This document shows, in pieces, positions 38,554-52,409 of a stretch of DNA of 64,000 nucleotides (positions are counted from its first letter, which is position 1; each line of letters begins with the position of its first letter). The DNA lies in the NCBI GenBank assembly GCA_964016885.1, contig OZ024743.1, positions 144,212,001-144,276,000 on the forward strand. The letters run 5' to 3'. A model generated the notes under the pieces. That model was not told where the DNA came from. It saw only the letters and a list, made by a program, of their open reading frames with translations, and made no database searches. The position numbers and the translations under genes are program-made. The stretch is from Eledone cirrhosa. Its lineage: Eukaryota.

Positions 38554-38554
<1 letters not shown>

Positions 38555-39317
38555 GTAACGGAATACTCCTATGTTTTACCTGGCGAAGATTCAAAACCGA
38601 ATCTGAGGGTTCTCACCTCTAAAACCATCTATTGTTGGGACTTCCCACCATTGTCCTGTCAAGAGACAACTATGATAAACGTATGTACCACTTAACCTGT
38701 GATCCCAGGCTCTTGACAGATGAAACACACATGGCTACGCCTATATCAACCCATATACACATCCTTCTAGCTATAGGGTTATTATAAATACAAGTTCTTA
38801 GAGAGTCCACCAAAGAGACCACCAGAGAGGTTAACGATGTAGCCCATTCACTTTCTACAGACCTTTTACTCTCTCTCTCTCCTGGCCTTACAGGCTCTCA
38901 CATTTCATACCAGCTTGGCAGATTGACCAACTACAAAAAACAATGTATGCTAAGGATAAACACAAACACTCACACAGTAGGTTTATTTATATTTTCCCTA
39001 CTACAATTTATCTATCCTTTCGGCTTCATGTCATTTCACTTCTATTGTATCGTTTTATTGATACATACATACACGCTAATTCGAAGTAGTTAGTAAGAAA
39101 ATAATTGTTTCTACTTTTGGCACAAGGCCAGCAATTACCCAGTGTATTACTGGTACTTTATTTTATCGACCCCCATAAGGATGAAAGGCAAAGTTAACCT
39201 CGGCGGGATTAGTTAGTAAGAAAATAATATAGTGATAATTGCTGTCACGCTTTTATTACTCGATATTCAAGGTACCAACAAGTGAATTTTGTTATTGTAA
39301 AATAAACATTGTCAACA
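38554..39317 (+). mobile_element. Probable solo LTR with a nested 5'-truncated SINE (39106-39209)
   Basis: TGTAAC...AATAAA...CAACA ends, TATA-like ttattataaata at ~38780; no clear TSD for the LTR. The SINE has a 19-bp TSD tagttagtaagaaaataat (39087-39105, 39210-39228). Confidence 0.45.
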
Positions 39318-39846
39318 TCACAATTCTGGCATCATTCTTTTTATCATTCATCCTGCAAAGAATACATCTATCCACTACATAATAGTGACCCCCATCACTA
39401 CATATGTATTCCCCCCCCCCACACACACACACCTGTTTATGGTGGGGCCAATAACATTGTTAGAACTCAATACAGCTTTGAGGAGATGGTTTCAACAATG
39501 ATAAGGTGCTAAGAGCTATAGCTTTTGTAGTAGGCTCTCATCTCATAAGGTTCCCTCAAAGATTTTACTCGGGCTACAAATTCATTTATATATTGAACTA
39601 ATAAAGACCCTATCTTCGATTTTCATTTTGTTTTCATCGTTCAACACACACGCACACACATGCAAGCATGCACACAGACATATATATGTATTTTTTAGCT
39701 TCTACACTCTTTATGTGTTCTAAATTTCACATACCTGACATTGGTCAACTAGAAATTGTAAAGGTATTAAATTAAATTGTGTTCAGATTCACCTATGATA
39801 TATGCACTGGCAAAAAACAAGTTCTATTAAATCCTTCCATGTTTAC

Positions 39847-39990
39847 CTTAACTGTACTTAATATCCACTAAAGATAAATGCCAGGCTATGTTTTTGTCTG
39901 CCAGTAGATGAAGAAGTATGGACCATAAATCTAGTCCGTTAATTGCTTTAAATAATTTTCACATTTTCGTTTGTTAGAATCCCACGTCAG
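39847..39990 (-). promoter_or_regulatory. Possible non-coding first exon and promoter of the 4TM gene
   Basis: The ATG exon has a splice acceptor, so an upstream exon must exist. Candidate donor AAG|gtaaac at 39847/39846 in non-repetitive DNA, with a TGACGTGG (CRE/UPRE-like) motif at 39982-39989. Motif evidence only. Confidence 0.2.
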
Positions 39991-40278
39991 GAATCAAAGC
40001 AGATTTAATTCTCTCTCTTAATTCTCTGTATACACTATACTGTAAACTATACCATACAACATCTAATCTGTTATAATAATCTAATTAGTTTAATTATAAT
40101 GTTTTCCCCTCTGTTTAATCTGCTGGTCGATACCCTCATTTCAGTTTAAAACCACATAAATTGCTTTGACCTGTGGTCTGATCTTACTAATATAGAAGTT
40201 GTTTTAAAATAGTATCTGCTTTTGCACACACACAGATATACAAAATAAACACACAAATATACTTAATAACCCGGGGAA

Positions 40279-40373
40279 AGGGTAACTACTCAATACCATT
40301 GTAAAGTATTAAAGATAGTAATTTATTTCATAATCAGTCTTGGGAAATCAGTTTATGAAACAACTACTTATTG

Positions 40374-40414
<41 letters not shown>

Positions 40415-40602
40415 GGAGAAAATGTGGTAAGGAACCAGGTGGACCATAACGCACCAAAATACTCAATACTTAGGGTAGTAGAGTGGGTAATAGGAAGAAG
40501 TAGGACCCCGACGGCTGAGCTCAAGCCGTTTCGATGGCTAATTCTGAGTCCAGAATTAGCCGTCGAAATGGCTTGAGCTCAGCCGTCGGGGTCCTACTCG
40601 TT

Positions 40603-40662
<60 letters not shown>

Positions 40663-40892
40663 TGTATGTATAGTATATTTGGCAATATACAGTATGTTTA
40701 ATTAAAAACATTTAGAAGACTATACGCTATCAGTTTTAAAGTAGTGACTATGTCACTTCTTTTTAGCAAAAGGAGGGAGAGAAGCTGACAGTCTGTTTCA
40801 TGTTTGTTGGCTACTTTAAAACAGATAGCATATGGTCTTCTAAATGTTTTTAATTAAACATATGGTATATTGCCAAATATACTATACATACA

Positions 40893-40927
<35 letters not shown>

Positions 40928-41022
40928 CAATAAGTAGTTGTTTCATAAACTGATTTCCCAAGACTGATTATGAAATAAATTACTATCTTTAATACTTTAC
41001 AATGGTATTGAGTAGTTACCCT
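40279..41022. repeat. Nested inverted repeats separated by (TA)n tracts
   Basis: Outer arms 40279-40378 / 40925-41022; hairpin 40490-40607 (4-nt loop); hairpin ~40659-40745 / ~40811-40896. Confidence 0.95.
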
Positions 41023-41121
41023 CAAATATACTATATATACTATACATACATTCATGTATACATTGCTATTTCAGAGCACCAAACCATCCTAATATATATA
41101 TGGATATATGTGTGTATATAT

Positions 41122-41463
41122 GGAGGTACATGGCTTAGTGGTTACAGCATTGGCCTTGCAATCGAAAGGTTGTGAGTTCAATTCTCAGACCGGGTGATGT
41201 GTTGTTTCCTTGAGCAAGATACTTTATTTCACATTGCTCCAGTTTACTCAGCTGTAGAAATGAGATGATAGGACTGGGTCCCTATCATTCCACTGCAAAG
41301 TGGTCGTGGAGGTGCCACGGCAAAAAAGCACCCAGCACTCACTGTAAATGAGGTTGGTGTTAGGAAGGGCATCCAGCTGTAGAAATCAAGCCAGTATCAG
41401 TTCCCGTCCCACCCTTGTAAGCAGGGAAAAGCAGACGTAAAATGATGATGATGATGATGATGA
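41122..41463 (+). mobile_element. Full-length family-B tRNA SINE with RTE-derived 3' end and (GAT)n tail
   Basis: TGGCTTAGTGG A-box, GAGTTCAATTC B-box; 3' part ctgtaaatgaggttggtgttaggaagggcatccagctgtagaaa matches the RTE 3' UTR at ~59250-59300. Confidence 0.85.
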
Positions 41464-41474
41464 TATATATATAT

Positions 41475-43720
41475 GTATCGCTCTCGTCCACACTGCTCTC
41501 ACCCGTGCCCGTGCTGTCCACCGCTCCACCACCCTCACCCCACGCCACCGCACACCCACCCACCATCTCCCCTTCCCCATCACCTACCACCCCTCGACCT
41601 TACCCCTCCACCGCACCATCCGCCGCCTCTTCCGACGCCTCCAGTCCGACCCCTCCACCACTCCCCTCCTTCAAACGCGCACGCAATCTCCGCACCCTCC
41701 TCGTCCACAGCTCCCTACCCCCTAACCCACGCTCTTCCCCCCCGGTTCCTTTCCCTGTTCTAGGCCCCGCTGCAACACCTGTCTCCACATCACCAACACC
41801 ACCACCTTCCAGGGTCCCAACAGCCACTCTCTCTCTGTCCGGCATACCTTCCGCTGCACCTCCTCCAACCTAGTCTACGAACTTCGCTGCACGGAGTGCA
41901 GCGCGACTTACGTCGGACAGACGGGACGTCGCCTGGCGGACCGATTCACTGAGCACCTCCGGGATATTCGTCTCGGTGGTAGTTCCCCCATCGCCCGCCA
42001 CTTTGGTGCCCCTGGACATTCCGCACGCCATCTCACAGTCTGTGGCCTACTCCAATGCCACGGAACACCCGCCAATCTCCTCAGAGTTGAACAAAGAACC
42101 ATCTTCATCTTACAGACCCACACTCCCCCCGGCCTGAACTCCCCACCCTTATTCCTTTAGCCTTCGACCGCCCCCCTCCCCCCACACATATCCCCCACTA
42201 ACACCACTAACACACCCCTCCTTTTCACCGCCCACCCCACAACTAACAATACTAACACCTCCACTCCACCCCTCATCCGACCACCCTTCCCCAACTAACA
42301 TACTAACATCCCTCCCTTCTTCTACTCCCCCCTCCTTATCACACGCACACACCCACCGGTACATATATACACGCGCTCACACTAAACACACACCCTACTA
42401 CCACCACTAACCCTCACCCCCACACATCCATCCCACCACCCCGCAACTAACATCACTAACACCCCCTGACCCCAAGCACACGAACACACGCACCCACTTA
42501 CACCACCCACCCCACACGCAACTAACATCACTAACACCCCCCAACCCCACGCACACGTACACACACACCCTCGTGTACCACCAACTCTACACACCCTACC
42601 ACCACTAACCTCCACTCACACCCGCATTCAACCCTTTCTCCACCTCCCGTATACTAACACCCACTAACACCCCCTTCATCAAACTACACACACACCAGTT
42701 CACCACACTCCCTCCATCGACCCCCACACCCTTCTCTCCCCGCTCCACCCACACCCTTTCTCCAACACTCACTCATCCCACTAACACCTCTACTAATACA
42801 CACACACACCCTCCTCACTCCAACTTTCACACCTACCCATCCTCGCCCCTTTACCATTCCACCCTACTGCTGCTATGCCCTCTGACCACCTCCCAGCACA
42901 CACAGACACACAGCACTCCTACTGCCTTGACCACTTCCTGTTGCGCGCGCACCCCACATCTCCCCTCTTCCGACCATCTCTTCACGGTTTACTCGTATGT
43001 GGATCTTGACCGCGGAATCAACTACCATCCTAGGAGTTTACCAACCATTCAACCACATCTTCTTACGGAATCACCTTTATAACTCACCCACACACACACC
43101 CCAAACATTTTTTTTCCCACACGCCACAACACGCTTAAACACCCACAACGCGCTTAAACCCCCCACACACGTGCTTTCCACCACATATTTACACCTTCAG
43201 CCTCCGGATTCCTCTCCCCCACCCCTCTATCCACACACGCACACACACTCCGACCTACACCCCACGCCACACACACCTCTTCCTGAACATGCAACCCCGT
43301 TCTTCCCCCAACCCTTGCTTTCACATACACACACACACACACGTACACCTACACACACACACCACCTTCAGCCCTCCCCGCTCGGACACCCCGTCTCCCT
43401 CTCCCCACTCCACCCGCCACCACCCCTACACGCCCCACACCCTTCCACCACCTGTTTTACCCCATTTTAATTTTATTTTATTTTGATCATGCTTTTATTT
43501 TTAATTTCATTCGCACCGTTTCCTCCCACCCCCTTTTCGCTATATGTCTCTCCACCACTCCCCTACACACCCTTTGAACTCTCTTCCCACACACTTTTCA
43601 CCTGAAGAAGGGCTTATGCCCGAAACGTCATTCCCCACCACCACCCCACTCTCAAGAGCGTGAAATTAATAAACATTCGTTGTACTGCCTCTCTGTTTTG
43701 TTCCTGTTCAAATTTTCCAT
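41475..43720 (+). mobile_element. 5'-truncated Penelope-like element (Neptune-like linker, GIY-YIG endonuclease, long C/A-rich 3' region, hammerhead-like motif)
   Basis: Manual translation: PITYHP..LQSDPST, FKRARNLRTLLVHS, then ~41743-42160 PCSRPRCNTC...CTSSNLVYELRCTECSATYVGQTGRRLADRFTEH...IARHF...EQRTIFILQTHTPPGLN*; CTGAAGA-A-GGGC-TTAT-GCCC-GAAA-CGTC at 43602-43629. Confidence 0.9.
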
Positions 43721-43814
43721 TATATATATATATATATATATATATACGTGGAGAAGTATATAAAGGAGAACAAACCGTTAAAACATGTATATATATATAT
43801 ATATATATATATAT

Positions 43815-44806
<992 letters not shown>

Positions 44807-45317
44807 ATAACTAGATAGATAGCAATATAAGTGAAGTCAAGAAAATACAACAGAAGAGAACAATACAATATAATGATGGTATATTAGTTTAACACTTGAT
44901 ATAGTTGGAAAAGAGTGTTAATATTTTGGTCATTAGTTCTTCATCAAAAGATAGAAAAAGAGAAAAGAAAGGATGCTTGGGAATGGGAAGAAAGACAGAC
45001 AAGAGTAAAAAAGATGTGAAGAAAATAGCAAAGAAGAGAGAAAGTATGTGTAAGAGTGTTGTGTGGGTGAGTGTATAGGCTTGTGCATGTGGGTGAAGAG
45101 TATGTGGGTGTATGTGCTTTTGTGGTGTCTAACACAGGTGGGCATGCCTACAAAGTCAGAAAACAGCACAGCTCCCATGACTTTGGAAACATTTTTTCCC
45201 ACTCGAAGCATGGAACAAACTACCTGCATCAGTTGTTAGCTGTTGGGACACTGCTTCCTTTAAAACCTCCATGCTTCCTGAAATTTGCCAACACTACACC
45301 TGATATCCCCCCTCCAT

Positions 45318-45348
<31 letters not shown>

Positions 45349-46767
45349 TATTATGACTCATACACTGTTCATTTTCCTGACATTTGTACATTATTCTATG
45401 TACTATACATGCACCTTTGATGAGTTGTAGTGCACCTGAGCACTGTACACAATAATTTCATTATTATTATTATTATTATTATGTATATGTGAGTGTTGGA
45501 TATAAGTGTGTGTGACAATGTGCCAAATTCTATGGGATGAGAGAAACTGTGGTGAGGAGTCAATAACAGTCAGAATTGTGGTTCCAAGTGGAAATACTAA
45601 TTCTTGCTTGGTCTGGAAATGAGACATTGGTGGTCGAATATGGGAAACAAGACTGAAAACAGAGAGGTATTGTGTGTAGTGATTAGACGAACAGAAGTAA
45701 CAAGTGAGAAAAGTATCATTGTCAAGTAGGATGCCCCTCAAGCTGCAGAGAGCTATATAACTATTCAATGACCTAATGACTCTATGATTGCTTTCAACAG
45801 TTGGTACTTATTTATTTAAACCTATTTTACGCCCACTCTTTAACCCTTTAGTATTTAAACTGTTCAAACTGGCCATAACTGGCCACTTATGCCAACGTTT
45901 AGGTATTTTTCTCAAAATAAATAATATCAAAATCTCATAGATTCGATATTATGTGAGATAATTATGTGAGATAAAGCCTTTACTGCAATAATATATATAG
46001 AGTAATGTAAATGCTAAAAGATTAAAGGTCTTATTGTGCCTGTATACAAAAAGCGTCTTCATGTTTGTGTTTTACATCAGAAATTCAGAATCTGAAAAAA
46101 AAAATTTTTTATACAAGGTAAAAAGTACTTTTCTTAAAGAAGAATCTTAATCTGGTACATGACAGTTCAAATCCTGGCAAGATCTACTTTGCCTTCCATC
46201 TTTTTGGGTCAATAAAGAAAGTACTGGCCCAGTGCTGGTGCAGACTTCTTTCCTTCCAGCTGTCACATATTGGATGTTTCACTGGATCAACAGCGGGATG
46301 GTTGATAGGGTATCTGTATCTACTCTTGACTACATGGGCACCTAAAACCCTTAGTGAAAATATGGTACATACTACCATATCATACTTGATTGCAAGTTAC
46401 AACATTAGGCCAACTTTTGAAATATTTCAGCTGATTGATAATTGCTCAGTTAACACTGTATCTATAAGTAGTTCTTTTGATTTAAATGTACCTAAGCATT
46501 ATGTCATTTCTTGTTAATCCCCATTTAAATCTATGTCAGATTATACTATTTCCTTTTGCTATCTGCTTCATGTGATGTTGCAGTTATGAAAATAAATAAG
46601 TTCACTTATAAAAATTAGACCAAATTCACAATATTTATGTATAATTAATTTTAGGCTAAAATGTTTCAAAGCAGTTGAAATAAAATATGGATGTTTTAAC
46701 TAGTGAGGCTTCAAATCTTTATTATTGGTGTAGGTTCAAAACATATAGTAAAGTAACCTAGATGTTA

Positions 46768-47331
46768 TGTAGTAGGTGTGGTGAAATCTGTCCACACTTT
46801 GACCCCTGGGTAACATATAACCGGTCATTGTTTTGGTTATCTCCTTTCAGGCATCAACAAGTCTGTGAGTGGATGACCTCAAAAGGTCAGCCCTTTGTTC
46901 TCACTTCTTGGAGACAGAGGAAGCGACATAGATAAATAGCCTGCCTTAGATCAGGCCAGGCAGTTCAAAGCAGTTCTTGATAGAGTAAACATGTAAAACA
47001 TTTGCTTTCTACAGACACCTTGGGGTCTTACAGACTCTTAATTTCTCTTACTCTCAATCTCTATCTCTTGGTCTCTCTTAACCCAGCCAGTGAAGTTCAT
47101 GAAGTTTTCTTGGTAAATAGAATTTAATTCTACTTTTACAAACAATAAAAAAAATGTACATAATTCTTGTGTATTTTTTGTATAGCGGTTTGGTATCATC
47201 GTGGATCATTTATATATATTCATTTTCTGCGTGATCAAGGAACTATCATATTATCATCATCTTATTGAAAACTTACTCACTTACCTGCTCACATGCAACC
47301 TCTGGTCACACTGTATCACACAACAGTGACC
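46768..47331 (+). mobile_element. Possible solo LTR
   Basis: TGTAGTA...TATCACA ends, TATA-like gataaatag at ~46931, CT-rich tract and AATAAA at ~47144; no TSD confirmed. Confidence 0.35.
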
Positions 47332-47768
47332 ACACAACACAGCAAGCTACAAATGAGTACACATGCAACAAACAAATCAACACTACAACACAATCAACTA
47401 ACCAACACGACCAACAAACAATCGCAATATAGGTGTTTAGGTCTAAAAATAGTTTTCAGATGACCTTTTTTTATATATATTTATACACACACACATGCAC
47501 ATATATCATTTCATTCATTTCTATGTTCACATTTCTATGCTGACATGGATTAGATGGTATGTTTTGAGACAATGTTCTATAGCTAGATGACCTTTGTCCT
47601 TCCTAACTCAAAACCTTTTAGTTTAGTTACCTCTTACAACACATAGGGATATGATGTACCTATTTTAAAACCTGGGACACATGGCAATGGAAAAAACAAA
47701 AATTTACTGAAACAAGTTCATTAATTCCACCCCACCCGTCCGTTTAATCTATCTTATTTCTCATTCTC

Positions 47769-47804
47769 TCTTCTGATGAAGAACTAGCGTCTGAAACGTT
47801 AAGA
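47769..47804 (+). ncRNA. Minimal hammerhead ribozyme motif
   Basis: UCUU-CUGAUGA-AGA(acuagcg)UCU-GAAA-CGUU-AAGA: 4-bp stem I, 3-bp stem II, palindromic AACGUU. Confidence 0.65.
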
Positions 47805-48183
47805 CCTTCTTCCTGCTATATCAAGCGTTAACCTAATGTATTCCTTCCATATACTGTACTGATTGTGTTGTTATTTCTGTTTAGCTTTTACATATATATA
47901 TATATAGAATAGAATGAAACGAAATTTCATTTCTCACTCTTAGTACGGCACTTACTTAAATGTAAGTATGTATGTATGTATACGTACATACATATATGTA
48001 TACAGACATACAGTAGTATGTATATATATACATACAGGCACACATACATATATGCACGTATCGGTTTACCAAACATTTATTATAATGCTCGGTTTATTTG
48101 TTTGTAAACAAACAAACAACCCGAATTACGCCGTACAGTGTTTAGGCAACCACGTCACCTTTTTGTTCAACACTGACACAGGA

Positions 48184-48226
48184 ACGATGTACTAGTTTCA
48201 AGCTTATTAGCTATCGTCAGCATCGT
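48184..48226 (-). ncRNA. Minimal type I hammerhead ribozyme motif (best conserved in the window)
   Basis: ACGAUG-CUGACGA-U-AGCU(AAUA)AGCU-U-GAAA-CUAGUA-CAUCGU: 6-bp stem I, palindromic ACUAGU, GUA cleavage triplet. Confidence 0.75.
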
Positions 48227-48271
48227 ATACCTTCCTGCCAGAATGGTTGAACGTCTGAAAGTATATACTTT

Positions 48272-48334
<63 letters not shown>

Positions 48335-48433
48335 ATCCTATGTCACTATCGATGACATAGGTGAAACATCATGTAAGAAGCATAAATTTTGTTCTAATGA
48401 CTTGCAACTCCTACATTTATTCATTTTGCTTAT

Positions 48434-48664
48434 ATGGCCCAGGTGCCCTCTGGGAAATGGCCATGCTCAGTGTGTAGGAAAGGAGTAGGTAGAAATTCCA
48501 TTTTATGTCTCAAATGCAAACTATGGGTACATAAAAGATGTAGTGGGATCACAGGTAAGCTATCTAAGAACATAGAATTTATATGTGCAATAAGTAGCAA
48601 GTGCTCACAGGATACTACCTCCTTCTATTGCCCAGATGGTTCTATAGAAATAGTGGACACTTTC
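48434..48664 (+). mobile_element. Internal RTE fragment (PHD-like finger region) fused to the PLE
   Basis: PSGKWPCSVCRKGVGRNSILCLKCKLWVHKRCSGITG...GSIEIVD. Confidence 0.85.
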
Positions 48665-50950
48665 CATGTGGAAGTCCAGGAATCTAACATGCAATATGTC
48701 TAAAATAAATAAGCCAACCAAGTCGCATACCTCAGCACTGTCGAACGATCCCATGGAGACGTCGAATAGTTCTGAAGTGTTTGACTTCTTTGCCCAGGCT
48801 ACTCCATTATTGAAGAGGAGGGTTTTCCGGCAGTGTGCGATGATCTCCCTGTCTAAAACATGGACGGTAGTGTAAGTGGTAGCAAAGTCCGATGCTTTGT
48901 TTAACAGGGTCTCTGAGATCGACGGGTAAAAATCTACAATGTCGAATTGCGTGAACTTCGCTTTTTTGGAGTTGAAGGAGTTAAACCACTTAATGATGGA
49001 GTCGCTGTTCTCCCACTGGGACAGGCTGGACTTGGTCCTAATGGTCTTAACTATCTTTCTAAGTATAGCCTTACTGACTAGTCGCATTTCTGTGCGTGCT
49101 GGGTTTAGTAGTCTACACGTGGGATTACAAGCAAAGTCTACCTTGTGATCCTTCAGGGTGAGAAACGCCTCACGTTTAGCTAAGCATTGTAGTTTCTTAT
49201 CTACCTTAAAGGCGGCAGAAAGGTCTTTGGCTTCTGTTTTCATGTTGTGGTAGGCCGCAGGGTTAGCCTTCTTACATTTAGAGGTTAACTCCTTCAACTC
49301 CAAAAAAGCGAAGTTCACGCAATTCGACATTGTAGATTTTTACCCGTCGATCTCAGAGACCCTGTTGAACAAAGCATCGGACTTTGCTACCACTTACACT
49401 ACCGTCCATGTTTTAGACAGGGAGATCATCGCACATTGCCGGAAAACCCTCCCCTTCAACAACGGAGTAACCTGGGCAAAGAAGTCAACCACTTCAGAAA
49501 TATTCAACGTCTCCATGGGATCGTTCGACAGTGCTGACGTATGCGACTTGGTTGGCCTATTTATTTAGACATATTGCATGTTAGATTCCTGGACTTCCAC
49601 ACGGGAATATACCGTGACGATGGCTTGACCTTATTGAGCCATAAAAGTGGTCACGACCTGAACTGGTTTAAAAAAGACTTAACTTCTAACTTTAATGAGT
49701 TAGGACTTAGGATACCAGTAGCTACCAACCTCTCTAGCATATATTTCTTAGACATTAATTTAGACCTTCGCACACATACCTTCATACCCTTCCATAAGCC
49801 TAACGAAAAACTTAATTACATACACAAGGACTCATGCCACACTCCTACTGTTTTTAGAAACTTCGTAAATAATATCAGTACTAGAATCTCAAACCTCTCC
49901 TCTAATAAGGCTACCTTTGACAGAGCAGCACCCTACTATAACACGGCGTTAGCTAACAGCGGCTTCTCGAAACCAATTAGTTACTCCCCCACTAACAACA
50001 ACAGCAATAAGAAAACAATTCGTAACAATAGACAAACTATCTGGTTCTCTCCTCCCTTCTCACTCAACGTTGAAACTAATGTTGGATACAAATGTTTAGC
50101 CCTCTTAGATAGACACTTTCCCATAGGTCACAAATACCGCTCCATCTTTAACAGACACAGAGTAAAACTAGGGTACTCCTGCGCTAAGAATATGAAGGCC
50201 CACATCACCAACAGTCCTAAGAGCGACACCCCACCAGGATGCCCTTGCCGAAAGCCTGAAGCTTGTCCCCTTCAACAGCAATGCAACACACCCACTGTAG
50301 TTTATGAAGCTGTGGTCACTTCCAACCAACCAAATCAACCACAGGAGGTCAAATCCTATGTGGGTATGGTGGAGGGCCGATTTAAGGAACACTTCCTGAA
50401 CCATCAGTTGACCTTTAGGTACCCGGACAAACGATCATCCACGAAACTCGTGAGCCACATATGGTCCCTCAAGGACTCAGGTATAGACTACTCCATTCAA
50501 TGGAAAGCCATCACTAAGTCCAAGCCATACGCAAGGGGCAATCCCTGTTGTGGACTGTATATTGAAGAAAGGATAAATATTCTAAGGAGATTACGCAATA
50601 GCGATTGCCTAAATTCAAGAAATGAAATCTTCTCACATTGTCCACATGTCTGGAAACACCTCTTGCACAACTACAAAGCTCCTGATTGAATTACAACAAC
50701 ATTCTAATTTTCTAATCAACTCGAACACCTTTTCCGGACTTTCGCAGTTATCTCCCTTACACCTTTCGCCCGTGGCTCTGTATCACTTGGGTGAAGTGAC
50801 TGTTTCTGTGCATGCGCGTTAATACGGTTGTTCTTCCTGTTCCATATAACCATTACCAGTACGAGCTGAAGATTTGCTAAGGTGAAACAATTGTTCTCGG
50901 TATGGTGAACTAACTGTTGTGTTATTACTTCTCTCTCTATATATATATTT
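48665..50950 (+). mobile_element. Penelope-like element (RT + GIY-YIG) with an inverted 5' segment (48665-49283 antisense)
   Basis: Minus ORF 48605-49330 gives RT N-part (TLKDHK..CRLLNP..FDIVDFYPSI..MGSFDSAEVC); plus ORF 49541-50689 has IYRDDGL, FLDI, VVYEAVV..YVG, LNSRNE; hammerhead-like CGAG-CTGAAGA..GAAA-CAATTGTT-CTCG at 50862-50899. Confidence 0.92.
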
Positions 50951-51743
50951 TACAGTAACCCTCCCACCTACCCCCTGTCCACTACATTCTGGTTTGTTGT
51001 TTGGCAGGCATGACTTTGCACCACCCTGTTACCTTTCATAGTTACCCTGCTACATCGTATGTTATATACATTGTACATGAATATGTGTGTATATTATATA
51101 TGTATATATATATGTGTTGCGTATATATTGCGTATTAAGTATTATGTGTTATATACATGTGTATATGGTATTTATATTATGTATGTATATAAACGCAGCC
51201 CAGCCCAGACCATAAGTGGGGTTTATGCTTAGAAAGGGCACCCAACTATGATGTTAGGATGGGCTTCCAGCAGCCATAAAAACCCAGCCAAAACACAGAA
51301 TCACTATGAGCAAGATACAGCGCAGCCAACTGCCCAGACCTCCCTCATAATGGGACCACCCAGTTCCACACTGTAAATATGGTTGGGGTTAGGAAGTGCA
51401 TGTAGCATTCGTAAAACCTCAGCATAAACACGGTCCCATTATGAGCAAGGTACAATGCAGCCAACTAGTCAGATCTGTCTCATTACAGTGTCACCCAGCT
51501 CCCAAAATATAGTTCTGCTATGAGCAGGGTATGGCATGACCAGTTGGTGAGACCTGTCTCATAACAGTGCCACCCAGTTCCACAATGTAAATGTAGTTGG
51601 TGTTAGGAAGACCATCTAGCTGTAAAAAACCCAACCAAAATACAGTTCTATTTGAGCAAGGTACAGCATGGCCAACTGGCCAGACTTGTATCATAACGTG
51701 GATGACCCATCTAACCCATGCAAGCATGAAAAAATGGTGATGA

Positions 51744-51783
<40 letters not shown>

Positions 51784-52409
51784 CTGGTACCATGTTAAGA
51801 TATATCTAGTATACTCTGAAAATTGTTCAGTTTTGGGAAAGGCTTCCAGCCGTAGAAACCATACTAAAAAGGATTGAGAGGACCCTTCAGTCATGACACA
51901 ATAATGTCTCTCTAGTTTTGGTGCCACGAAAAATAGATTCAGTATACCCTGTAAGTGTAGTCAGTGCATTTCTCATGGTACCAACAGCAGGGAGGTTTTG
52001 GTTGTTGACTCAAATGTAAAGTCTTCCCTACACTATGAGGAGTGGGGTTAAGAAGAATGATAAGTATGATGTCATTGGAGTATGATAAATGTGGTGCAGT
52101 GGTGGGATTTATTAGGCTGATGAGTAAGGAGTAAGGGTGACCTCTGATTCCATGGGAGATACTGTGATGATAACAGTTACTGAGAGGGATGGGTTATGAC
52201 TGGTGTGTTAGGATTTTATGGGTGGGAGTGATCCTGCGTAAAGTCGTGAACCTAGAGTGTGGGTGTTAGAATTTAAGAATGGTGGATGTGATCCTGGATG
52301 GAGTTGAGGTGGGGATGTAGAGTGATAATAAAGATAGCTACTAAGGAGTTATAGTGAAAGGTGTGGGGCCATGTGAATGGGTTATGTCACATTTTATGCT
52401 CATAGATGT

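Noticed and set aside
41442-41873. Pro/Ser-rich 143-aa ORF resembling an extensin or mucin
   Set aside because: Mostly an alternative frame of the PLE linker region, started by the (GAT)n SINE tail.
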